Below are positions 13,082 to 24,222 of a stretch of 64,000 nt of DNA, in pieces. Position 1 is the stretch's first letter. Every line of letters starts with the position of its first letter. Source of the stretch: Tilletiaria anomala UBC 951 (Eukaryota); the NCBI RefSeq assembly GCF_000711695.1, contig NW_013547014.1, forward strand, positions 62,001 to 126,000, in the 5' to 3' direction. Position numbers and translations under genes: made by a program. The notes under the pieces were generated by a model. The model was given only the letters and a program-made list of their open reading frames with translations. It was not told the DNA's origin and searched no databases.

Positions 13082-13777
13082 ATGTCATTGGAGATGCCAC
13101 CACAGCCATACCCCTCGGCATTGGCGAGGCGTGTCACGTGATCTTCCCCGCGCCGCGACGGGCTAGTCGACTGCCTCACATCGTGCTTGCCCTCAACCGC
13201 CGGTGCGAACTCATGGCACACGCTCTTACATAACGGCTCCACCCACACTGCAGCCGAATGTCAGTACCTATAGGGCAGAGGTGAACAAAGGAAGATCAAC
13301 GGTCCTTCCAGCCGGCTAGAACAGAGATGAGCAAAGAGTGCAGCTTATGAGAGTGGTGTACCCAAGCGAGCTGCTGGATACTTGCAACTGGTCCGAAGGG
13401 GGTAACTGCGGAAGATCATTACCGGCTACCGCTCGATCAGCCGAAGTTTCAGGCACTCAGCCACCCAGTGCCGAGACCAGCATGTCGTGTCGCAGGACGG
13501 TGCCATTGGGCAACCGAGCACCCTAGTCATCCACCTTGCACCATGACGTCGTGCGCAGAAGCTTTTGCCCAATCAGTCGTTGACCGTTAAAGCAGGCCAC
13601 GAGAAACAACGTGGACGAATGGGGCTAAGCCGTTAAGAGCATGTGCCATGGTGAACTCGGGCGGTTGAGGACGACCACGATGTGACAGTCGACTAGCCCG
13701 TCGCGGCGCGGGGAAGATCACGTGACACGCCTCGCCAATGCCGAGGGGTATGGCTGTGGTGGCATCTCCAATGACAT
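13082..13777. repeat. Long inverted repeat / fold-back element: perfect 92-bp arms 13082-13173 and 13686-13777, extended inward by ~65 bp of imperfect stem
   Basis: Direct base-by-base comparison: the reverse complement of 13686-13777 equals 13082-13173; also visible as the identical peptide TRLANAEGYGCGGISND in opposite-strand ORFs. Confidence 0.97.
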
Positions 13778-14005
13778 GAAAGAGAGAGCGAAGTCAACGT
13801 CCCTGATATCAGCTCGGAATGGCTCAGAGTGCGGACTGCCGAAGCATTTGGATCAAAAGGGCATTTCAACGTTGTGTCAAGAGTCTTTCGGCTGTGTCAG
13901 CCCGCTGCTGCGAAGACGTACCGTTTCCAGCTGTTGCCTTGCCGTCCCGTGCAGGAGCAAACAAACTTGTAGAAACATCAAGGCGTCGTCGCTTATTTGT
14001 CAAAC

Positions 14006-14576
14006 ATGGTGAGGCACAGCGGCGCTGCATTCGCCGAGGTACACTGGGCAGGCATGTTGGGCGAAGCTGGCTGCTGATCTGATATGCATCCACGTTGGTT
14101 CGTTGATAGTCTGAGCACCCAGCCTTCACAATGGCAGCCCTCTGCTCCATCGGAGGCATCATCGGCTACTCTCGCACCCGGTCTATCCCCTCGCTTGTGG
14201 CTGGTATCACCGTCGGTGCACTATACGGTTTCGGGGGCTACCGCATTAAGAAGTGAGCCTTCATGCTGATGCATGTGCGCGTCGAAAGATACGAGGGAGA
14301 GACATGCTCATGTTACAGTTACGGGCTTCACAGCGGTGGTGACTACGGTTACGATATCTGCGCTGCAGCATCTGCAGTTCTGCTCGCCAGCTCGCTGCCG
14401 AGGGCAAGGAAAGGTCCAGTTCCAGCCGTCCTCACCGCCACGTCACTTGCAGCTGGCGCTTATTACGGCAAGCAGGTACGCCCAGACTCGCATCCGCATC
14501 ATCTAAGCCGAACATTCCCCCGGAAGAGCTCATGCAATATGCTGCGCTTTTACAGGTCTACGATTTCCGGAGCTAA
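14006..14576 (+). CDS. TMEM14-family small membrane protein; exons 14006-14008, 14110-14252, 14334-14475, 14556-14576
   Basis: Spliced product M|SEHPAFTMAALCSIGGIIGYSRTRSIPSLVAGITVGALYGFGGYRIK|NGGDYGYD...GAYYGKQ|VYDFRS matches the TMEM14 signature GG..GY....S.PSL.AG; not represented in the ORF track. Confidence 0.88.
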
Positions 14577-14598
14577 AGGTGTATCGTGCGATATTCAA

Positions 14599-16837
14599 TC
14601 ACGTATGTGCGGGACCATTGCTCATAATGGTGGTACTTTTCGTTGCCGGTTTAGCCCCTACTGGCTTGCTCTTTATCCCATCATCCTTCGCTTCGGCCAC
14701 CTGTTTTGCTGCGATCCTGCGCATCACCTCCGACACCTCACGCGAGCCATCTTTCCTCTCCCAGATCTGCACGTACGTCTCGCCCAAAAAGAGCATCTGG
14801 CGGTTGATGTCTTCGACGATGAGGTCTTGGATTTGGTACCACTTTTCCTCTGCAGCGCGGTCCGCCTCGTCATCTCCCTCGCCGTCTGCATCAGCCTGAG
14901 ACTTGAGGCCATTTGCGCCTTGGTCTCGCCCCTTCCTTTTTAAACGGTGACTTGCCTCTACTGGGTGTCCAAAAGGTTCCCCATCAATCCTGCTGTGAAC
15001 CTGAACCCTCCAGACTTGGTTTTCTCTGACGCTACCCGCCGTCGCCTCGTGTGTGATGTTGGCGACGAGGTGGTACATTGTCGATATATCCTCGCTCTGC
15101 TCTCCCACCACCGTCTCCTTGAGATCGAGCCCCTTGACGGGAAAATTGACGATCGTGGGGTTGCGCTCCTCGACAAAGTTGTTCTTAGTGAAGCGACGGT
15201 AGTGCAGAATGACAAAGGGGGGTAGCCGCATCACCTTGAAGCGTCGGATCATTCCGCGTGCTTCCTGAAACGATATGCCATCATACTTTGAGATCAGCGA
15301 AGCGAGCGGAACTTGCGGGATGATGTTCTTCTCTATCACGTCCTGGAAGACCGGAGGCGGCGGCAAGTCGATCGCAAGCAGGAAGAAAGGAGAGAGATTT
15401 GTTTGGATCTCTGCGAGAAATGTAGACAACCGAGAAGGATTAGCTTTGCAGCTGAGCATCCGGTCACAAGTAAATCGTACCCTTATCGATGTTGAATTTG
15501 GCATTACCCTGCGCATCCTCTTGGCCACCTTCCCTGCGGCCATCCGAGTCAAGCTTGTCCCGTGGTCCGCCACCATCGTCGTCTAGCTCGATCCCGCTTC
15601 GGACGAACACTTTTTGGCTTTCCACGCGCACGACACCGCGAAATGTCGCCGAGATGATCGAGTCGCGCTTCTTTCCTCCGCCCAGATCCATGTGCAGCTG
15701 ATTCAAGAGCCAGCCGAGGAACTCGACTGGGTCTCCCTGTGCAGTCAGCTTGAACCGCCCCTTGCTCGCCTTATTGACCTCCTGGAGAAATTCGTGCGGG
15801 CTGACTTGCGGTTTGAACAAGCGCGAGTTCCACACCTTGCGCACGAGCATGGAGAAGCGCGCAGCAAACTCAGATGAGCTCGTTGCATCGATTCCTGCGA
15901 ATGTTTCAGCGTCTTCCTTGCGCTGCTGCAGTGGAAGAGCCCTCCCGCGGATGAGAAAATCGCGAAGAGGCTTGACATGTGCAAGGGCTTGAATGACGAC
16001 GTTCATGTAGTCATTGCCCCCCAGATTGTTCATTCCAATGAAGCCTGGCTTATACGAGCGGCCTTGAAGGTCGCGCGAAGAACGTAAGTCGGGTGCATCG
16101 AGTCTGCGGACCTGACGCTCGGAAAACGTCGGATCTAAAAGGTATTTAATGTCCTCCAAGGCTGACAGGCTGTACTCGTCGCGCACCTGGGTGCCTTCTG
16201 GCAAAATGTAGACATTGCCTTTGCCCGGTTCCTCCAGCTTCATCCAGACACGATGATCCTCATCGACAGCGTGTTTGGAAGCCCATGACTTTGGTCCTCG
16301 TCCTTGAAAGTATTTGCCGCATATGAGGCAGGCGTAGACGTGCAAGGGAGATAGCGACACGGAGCAAACGCGCTCAAAGTCGAAGTCGAGGTGCTGCCGC
16401 GAGATGGTGTCAAGATAGAGCGTGGCATTGCGCTGAGCATTCTCTCTCTTTAGTGCCTCTTCCTTCTCGTTCGCAAGTTTCTCCCAATAGCTGGCGTCTT
16501 GCTGAGCGTCTGCCTCGTCGAGCTCTTCCAGCTTGCGTTTGCGGCGCATGAGCTCATCTTCGTCAAGCGCGCCATCACCAGCCTCCCGCGACGTAGCGTC
16601 TGTAGGTAACAGTTTTTTTTCGTCCGGCGGCGGTGGGGGTGCTACGAATGATGATGCAACCGGAGGCAAGGGCGGGCCATCTTCGGCTGGTGGAAGAGGC
16701 GGCTCCTCCTCTGGAGGCGGCATCGGGGGTAAGGGCGAGGCAGCTGTCGGCGAAGCGTCCTCGGTAGATGCATTGCCAGCAGCAGGTCTATCACCTAGAT
16801 CGGAGCGGCGAGCACGCTTTGTTGCCCTGGGTGGCAT
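14599..16837 (-). CDS. SAD1: U4/U6.U5 tri-snRNP protein Sad1/USP39 (ZnF-UBP + inactive USP domain); intron 15411-15480
   Basis: LYLDTI...LDFDFERVCSVSLS...YACLICGKYFQGRG; NDYMNVVIQAL (Asp in place of catalytic Cys); SPHEFLQ; ERNPTIVNFP; WYQIQDL. Confidence 0.95.
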
Positions 16838-19800
16838 GACTCACAAGCGATGACTAAGCAAGCCGGACCGGGACGATTGCTGCATGAACACAAGCGTACC
16901 TCGGTTTTCTCGGCAGAGTCGCTGCGTCTTGTACCCGGTCTGTCCTGGCGACAAGCAGCAACGATCCGGACACATGTACCGGGAGCTTGTTCCACGAAGA
17001 AACGGAAATAAACCTCCGAATCCCTGTCCCTGACGTGTGACGTGTATTCATGTCGTGTCAAGAAGCACATCCAAGATGGGCCAGCTCGCTGTGGCCGTGT
17101 AGTTGCTACCTTGACAAGTGCTCCGAGGCCGTTCCGCTCCACTTGGCTAAAATGAAACATCAGCTTGCAAAGTTGCTTCACTTGGCCTTTCGTCATTGTT
17201 CACCCAATCCATACTCCTGTTGTACAATGCGCCTATCACCTTCAGCATATGCAAATGCGAGTATGACTTGCTGTGCAGGTCACTCTCGCAATTTACAAAC
17301 ACGGTCAACGATTCATTTCGACCTGGCAGTCGCAAGGAGGCCACAGATACCTACTTGCTGCCGTTTAAGACGCGCGAATTCTCTGCATTCTCCAAGTCTG
17401 AAGGCTTGCAAATGATTCACATTTAGAGTGCGTGCACTCTTCATTCAGGTAAATCTTTAATCCACAGCAAGAAAAAGAGCCTCATCTAATGCATGGTCCT
17501 CTGTCTTGAAGGGCCATAGGAGCTGATTCTTCTCATCATCATATGCTTTCCTATAACACAACTCTCCCATCAAGGCTATGATAAATACCCATCCATTCCA
17601 CGTATCAGTTTGCCTTGGACAATCATGTGCACGTTTTAACGTCTAGCTCGACCAAACTATTCGTGTTACATTCTCACTTCTTGTTCAATGGTCCTCAATA
17701 CTCACATCTTCGTCGCCATTGTCAACATCTCAGTGGGAGATAAGTGCATAGGATCACAGTGGATGGACAGTTGGCTGACGACGTCTATCACCAATAGTGA
17801 CCAGTAGGCTCTTTCATTGAAGTGCACGGGTATTAGCACCACTTCCGCGCCTGATGCGACAAATTTTTTCTATCCATACACCGCAACTAATGATCGACAG
17901 CCTGGAACCTTCATACGCATCTGAGTGTCACTTACCCCCATCGTTGAAGACGTTGAGCCCACGTTCAGCGGTAGTGGATATGCTTTCAAAATATGCGTAT
18001 TGAGAATCATTATCATGTATATATTTCAAGCCTAGCTTGTCATTCAGGTTTCCAGTTCGTTCCACGGTGATTAGCAACCTGAGTCGATCGGGTTCGATCC
18101 TAAGGAGTCTTGGTGTCAGTTAATCCGTCATGCCATGCGTCGGTGAAGGGTTGAATGTCAGTGACACACCAGGCTCGTGCGCCGACAATGGCGTATGATG
18201 TCATCGGCCGACCGCTGGTGGTTACCACTTGCGGCCGTCGAAGCGTTCGGCAGCAGCGACAAGGGTAGCAACCACAGATCGGGTTCAGCTTCAATCAATC
18301 AGCATCCTTGTTTGCAATGTGGATGTAACATACACCTTGTATCGCATATATTGTAGTCCCATGAGTCTCATTGCACTCTCTTGATGTATCGAATCCCCAA
18401 AAAATTCACTGCAATCTCCCTCTAGAAAGTGACTCAAACTTGATCCCTCGAATTCTGGCACTCTGTTCTCTAGAGACCCCGACCTGCATACCCAAAAGTG
18501 GGCCATAATTACATATGAGTCCGCCCCGCCGATCTGCTCGCCATATCCGCGATCTTCCAGGTGTTCTGAGGTGCCATTTGCTAGAAGAAATTGGAAGGTG
18601 TCTACGATGAAATTGTCGAGGGTTCCAACCTACGGTGACGTTGCATCTCTCTGACCTCAATTCTTCGTGCGAAAGTAATTGCCCCCAGGAGTTGCTGAAA
18701 TCTCTGCCTAACCATGATTTGCGACGGCACAAAGTACAAGCCTCTACGACCGTAATAAGCGAATTTTGGTTGAAGGTTCGATGAACGATGGGATAGTTGT
18801 TCAGTTCCGATGCCTGCAGCTATGGCGCCAATGTGCACGAGTCATTCGCCCAAATATTTGCACCAAGCCATCTCGTACGGACATGCGCGGGCGCACCAGC
18901 AAGTGCAATTGCAGGGCCATTCACTGGATCGTTTTCAATCTTGTGCACTTCTCCGTGTACCCTTCAAGAGCTCGCCGTCCCGTCTCTGCGAGCGCGTTGG
19001 AACTCATCGAGAATCTGGGGACGTCTGGCCGATAGCCCGCGTGCGCTTGCTCACGCTATTGCTGATGCTTCATCAAATTGATTAGAATTGTTTGCCTGTT
19101 CATCAGCGTCTTCTAACTGTCGATGATCATCATTTGATTAGCATCTTGCTGCAACAGAAAGCTAATCAGCGAGATCTAAACAGAGGTCAATATTTCGGCT
19201 TTCTCCTTACCAAGCGCCGGCATTATTTCTTCGACATTGCCCCGCTCTTCCCCAGTATTGTGACGGTTAAAGGGCATTCTAGTAGTACCTTGAGGGCTCC
19301 AGACTGGGTCATAATTGTAGCCTGTTCTTTACTCTCATTACGGCGCGCTACGCGCTCAGCTCGCCCGTTGAGGATGATGCCGCTGCTTCCTCGATTATGT
19401 CGATCTGTTGTTGTACCTTTGAGCCTTCTACGTTTCCTTTGGATCATATTAAAGCCGCTATAGAGCAACACGGTAGCACATGTATGCTCGTCCAGCCCTG
19501 TCTATCATGATACGGCCTTTGCTCATTGTCCGACATACGAAGACACAGGCAATCAAAGGGTGCCCAGAAAGGCGTGTATTCAATGAAGAGTAAGGTTTTA
19601 TGCCTCGAATGATGACCGAGATCGAGATGGGGATCCTGGGTACTGTCCCCACTGTGTACAGTAAAAGAGAAAAAACAGGCGTATATGCCGTACAGTTGAA
19701 CTCAGGAAGGATGAATAGTAGCGACGAAGGCGTGAAGCAACTTGTACGAAGTTGATGGATGCTTCGTATTGGAAGTGGAGAACATGGTCGACGGGCTCGT

Positions 19801-20340
19801 CCAGGTACCAAGCAACAGCTGATAAAAAAAACCAACAACCCTGTGGTCCTGCTGTCAGCAATGACTTCCACCTTTCTTTTTTTGCCTACTATACACGCTT
19901 TGTAATTCTTTCTTTTTGTACCCGCAGTGAGCGATTGAGTGCGTGCATGCACAGCGTGAAACGTTTGATCATCACATCATCATCTTATTCACCTCTCACA
20001 TCTCGCATATCGCCGACATTACATCTCGCAGCAGGCCATCATCATCACAGAACCCAGCGCGAAGCCCCCAGCAAATCCAGGAGCTGCCACTCCAACAGAT
20101 AAAGCAGCATGGATACCGGGCAGGTCATTACTTCGTCCACGTCTCATATAACGTGGTTGGAGCGATCGATCTTCCTAGTGTTAGCTTAACGCCGCGCCGC
20201 TTGAACGTAACCCTTGACCGTCTCGAGGTGTAGGACCGACTAAGCACGATCTGCGCACGCATTCAAATCTATGAAGCGAGCCTGTTGGACTGCGAAACGG
20301 AACACTGTACTTGTCCATCCATGGCAGTCACACGCTCAGA

Positions 20341-23300
20341 ATGCCACCAATGAAAAATGCGAACGGAGCGCCGCCAGCGAGCAGCAGCGGCCCCAGCCCT
20401 GAAACGCAAGTGACAGGCAATGGCTTTGCTGTGAACTCACAGCCGCCACAGCTGATGGGATCATCATCCGGCGCACCATCAGGCGTACAACGGTGCTTTG
20501 GAGACGCTCAGCGGCGGCAGGAACACACCATCCGGCAAGGTCAGCCAGCAGCTGCCTTTGACTTCGATGCCGCTTTCGCACAGTGCACTCCACGCTCCAG
20601 GTCGTCGCATCGAAAACCGCAACAGCAGCAGTCACCCGTGAGTGCTTACGGTCCCTCACCTATCACTGGGTTTGTGCCCATGCAGCCTGCGCAAGCTGGT
20701 CCGAGTTCCACCAATGTCCCGACATACGCACATCCGGCACTGCACCCGGAGCACCCACTGCAGCTAAGCAGCTTTCCGACAAATGTGTTGTACCATCCAG
20801 GAGTCGCTCAGGAAGGAATGTTGATCGGAGGCGCTGATCCCTCCGTAGACGCTATGCTGCACCCAAGCGCCTACCACACGGCCGAAGGAGCCACTGCTAC
20901 CCTCACGGATGCCAAGATCGTCCAATCCCAGCAGCCAGGCGCACTGCAGCATCCAACCCAGTCTGCAACATCAATACCCAGCTTCAATGCCAGAATATTT
21001 GCGCCTTCTGCTACTGCTACGACTGCAGAAGGCTCAAGGATCCCCACCGAAGCTCATCAGGTCACGGATGAAGGACGCGACGATGAGGGTGACGCCGCAG
21101 AGGCAGGTGGAACTGGCGGTGCAATTGCAAGAGGCACAGATGGCAAGGATATGGAAGGCAAGGCAGCATCGCATTTTGTTCGACGGCTATTCTCGTGAGT
21201 AGCTGCTCCCTGCACCGAGGGCCGGGAGGCATGCCAATTCACCGATCCATACCACTCTTTTCTGCTGCTCAGCATGCTGGAGGATGGATCTTGGAACGAA
21301 ATCGTCAGGTGGTCGCTCAGTGGTACGAGCTTTGTTGTGGCCGTGAGCCGGTTATGCTTGCATTCATAAGGTGGAGAACGAAAAGCTGAGCTTTGACTGC
21401 TTGGGCTTCAGAATATGAACGACTTTACTAAGCACGTGCTACCACGTCACTTCCGGCACTCCAACTTTGCATCCTTTGTCCGTCAGCTCAATAAGTACGA
21501 CTTCCACAAGGTGAAGAAGGACCCGGCCATGTTCGAGGCACTTTTCGGAATGGCGCCAGGATCGAGCAACGGCGACTGTAATCAGATGTGGGAATTCAAG
21601 CACGATTGCTTTGTGCGCGCAAGGCCAGATTTGCTGGATGAAGTCAAGCGCAAGATCCCGACTGGTAAGAAGAGGAAGGATGGAGAAGATCACATATACT
21701 CATCGGCGGTACCCCTGGGTGCTGAGGCAGCGGACATGGCTGCAGAAGACTACGCGGCCTTGAAAGAGCAGGTGAAAAGTTTGACGATAGTCCAAGATCA
21801 GATGACGAACCATATCAGCACCCTCACCAAGCAGTACCAAGGTGTGATCTCCGAGATGCTCACATACCAACGCAACATGTTTGAACAAGACCAGCTGATG
21901 CAGAACCTCATTCAATACCTCGTCAATACCGAGCAGGATCGGAGTAGAACCATCGAAGGGCCATCGCCCAGTACGGGTCTGCTATCCAATGACTCGGGTC
22001 CATTCCTTCAATCGAACGAAGCTGCCAAGCTCATCGGCTCATACTCTGAGGTTGCCTCAGCTTCTTTTGCTCAAATGAGTGAGATCGCCGTTCGCGCCAG
22101 TCAAGGCCTTTTCGGCGTCTCTGCAGCCGGATTACGAACATCCCCGTCCACGACAGTGGTTGATCGCCCAATTTCGCACAAGGGTCAGACATCGTCGTCC
22201 AAAACTATCTCACCCGCAGCAATGGCAACACCTGCGCCTACCAGCGTGGCCAATCAGACTGGTGCTGGCGTTGACCGCAGTTTTGCAACGGTCGAGACAG
22301 GCACGCCCTCTTTTTTCTTGCACCCGCCTCATTTTGACGAAGCACATGCGGCCAGCAGCAGCAATATCAGCAGCTCCGTATCCAACACGGAAGGCCCATC
22401 TGCCCCGGCTATTGTGACCGGGAGCTCAAAGGGAATATCGATATTCAACCCTACCTTCCTGGATGAGAATGCTGGGTTGAGAGTGTTTACCGTCGGCACG
22501 CTTCAAGCGCGACAAGACGCAGACAGTCTCAACAAAGGACAAGCGGGAGACTCTCCTACTGGATCCAGTGAGCCAGGCGCCAAAACAGGTTCCTCGACGA
22601 CCAAAGCAAAGGCCCTGTCCGAATCTTCATCTCCGAGCGAGGCTGGCGCGCTGCAAGTGCTTTCGATCGACGAGTTGCCATATGGTATGCCGAGAATCGA
22701 CAAGCGCTCAAAAGGAGGCTCGAGTCTGTTGGCGTCCGACGTAGAGGGTGGACCAAGTCCTGGTGACACTCCGGGGACCAGCGACAAAGTGCCGTCTGTT
22801 CTCCGCGTGCGCAGATCAACTTACGTCCCCGGCTGGGCCGTGCCCCCCCGCGTGCTGCTGGTAGATGATGATGCAGTCTGCCGCAAGCTCAGCTCGAAAT
22901 TCTTGCAAGTGTTTGGCTGCGCCATTGACGTCGCGGTCGATGGCGTCAATGCGGTCAACAAGATGAACCTCGAGAAATATGATCTCGTCCTCATGGACAT
23001 TATCATGCCGAACTTGGACGGTGTCTCGGCGACGTCCCTCATTCGTCGATTCGATCCGCGCACGCCGATCATCTCGATGACATCTAACTCGCAACCGAGC
23101 GAACTGTTTACTTATATGAACCACGGCATGAACGACATCTTGCCCAAGCCCTTCACGAAACAGGGTCTATTGAATATGCTTGAGGTGAGACTTACCTGTG
23201 GCAGCTTACGCGCCATTCTGGTGCGCCTGCTTACTCGAGATCTTTATCACAGAAACATCTCATTCATCTCAAGACGGTACAACAGCTGGATGAGATCCCG

Positions 23301-23989
23301 AGATCGCTCGGTCTTCCACCGGTTGAGAATGGCGCTTTGCACAAGGCGCTTGCGACGACTGCCCAGTTAGCTGCCTCCTCCTTGAATCAGGCTATTCAAC
23401 TCGGACCCCAACCAGATCAACAGCAGCAGCAGCAGCAGCTCAAGGGGGACAGCACCTGCGATGCTGGAGCGACGCTGGCACTGGGGAGCATGTCGCGCCT
23501 CAGCTTTGCTTGTGCCCGCGAGCTTGACGCGAACCCACTCGTGTGTATGGGATTCTCGGACCAGGAGTGAGTCGTGACTTCGAGCGCTACCTAGCTCTTG
23601 CTTTGAGTGTGCATGGTTGACATGTGCCAATTCCTTGCCGCGCTAGGTACGTCTCTATGCTACAGAATCTCATTGCAGCCGGAAGTCTGTCGGACTCAAA
23701 TCAGGGTGATCTATCGTCGACGGTAGCGGACGCGTTGGACGTGCTGCCAGGCGAGGGCACGGCGATTAATGCTCGTCGAGTTTCTCAAGCAAGTGAAAAG
23801 CAACAGCATCGGCAGCAAGCACAACAACAGCAAGCACAACAACAGCAAGCACAACAACAGCAAGCACAACAGGGACAGAAACAGCAACAGCAACAGAAAC
23901 GTCAAGCTCCTGATAACAGCCCCAAAGGCAGCAAGAGCAGTATCGCCGGTCAGGGAGAGAAGCGCGCAAGGTTTATGGAGATCGCTTGA
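20341..23989 (+). CDS. SKN7: Skn7/Prr1-type response regulator transcription factor (HSF DNA-binding, coiled coil, receiver); introns 21195-21272, 21343-21411, 23185-23252, 23567-23646
   Basis: FVRRLFS|ML...IVRWS...FVV, LPRHFRHSNFASFVRQLNKYDFHKV, WEF; receiver VLLVDDD...DLVLMDIIMP...ISMT...PKPF; polyQ C-terminus. Confidence 0.93.
23813..23872 (+). repeat. 15-bp coding tandem repeat (CAGCAAGCACAACAA)x4 encoding QQAQQ in the Skn7 C-terminus
   Basis: Four consecutive units seen directly; the last ends in CAG. Confidence 0.9.
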
Positions 23990-24222
23990 TGTTGTTATAC
24001 CGATCCGCACCGCGGGTTTTTGCACATTCGAGCTATGGCGCGGCCTTCCTAACACTTGGCTGATCGGGCTGCTGGCCCCGCATGCTTTGAAAATATGCTA
24101 GGTGCAATCTTGACGCATGCAATGTCCCTTTCTAATAATTGTGTACTGGTACCAAGCGTGTATAGTGCTATGTTGAATTTGGGAGATGCATTGGTCGTTA
24201 CAATTATGCAGAAAGACCAGCC

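Noticed and set aside
13615..13636. ACGAATGGGGCTAA resembling RNase MRP/P conserved region V
   Set aside because: No matching CR-I (GAAAGTCCCC-like) partner found upstream; the segment is explained by the long stem
12838..14012. Two opposite-strand ORFs sharing an identical peptide
   Set aside because: By-product of the inverted repeat; GTG starts and no protein-like features
18086..18105. GGTTCGATCC tRNA T-loop-like motif
   Set aside because: Flanks do not form a T-stem or cloverleaf
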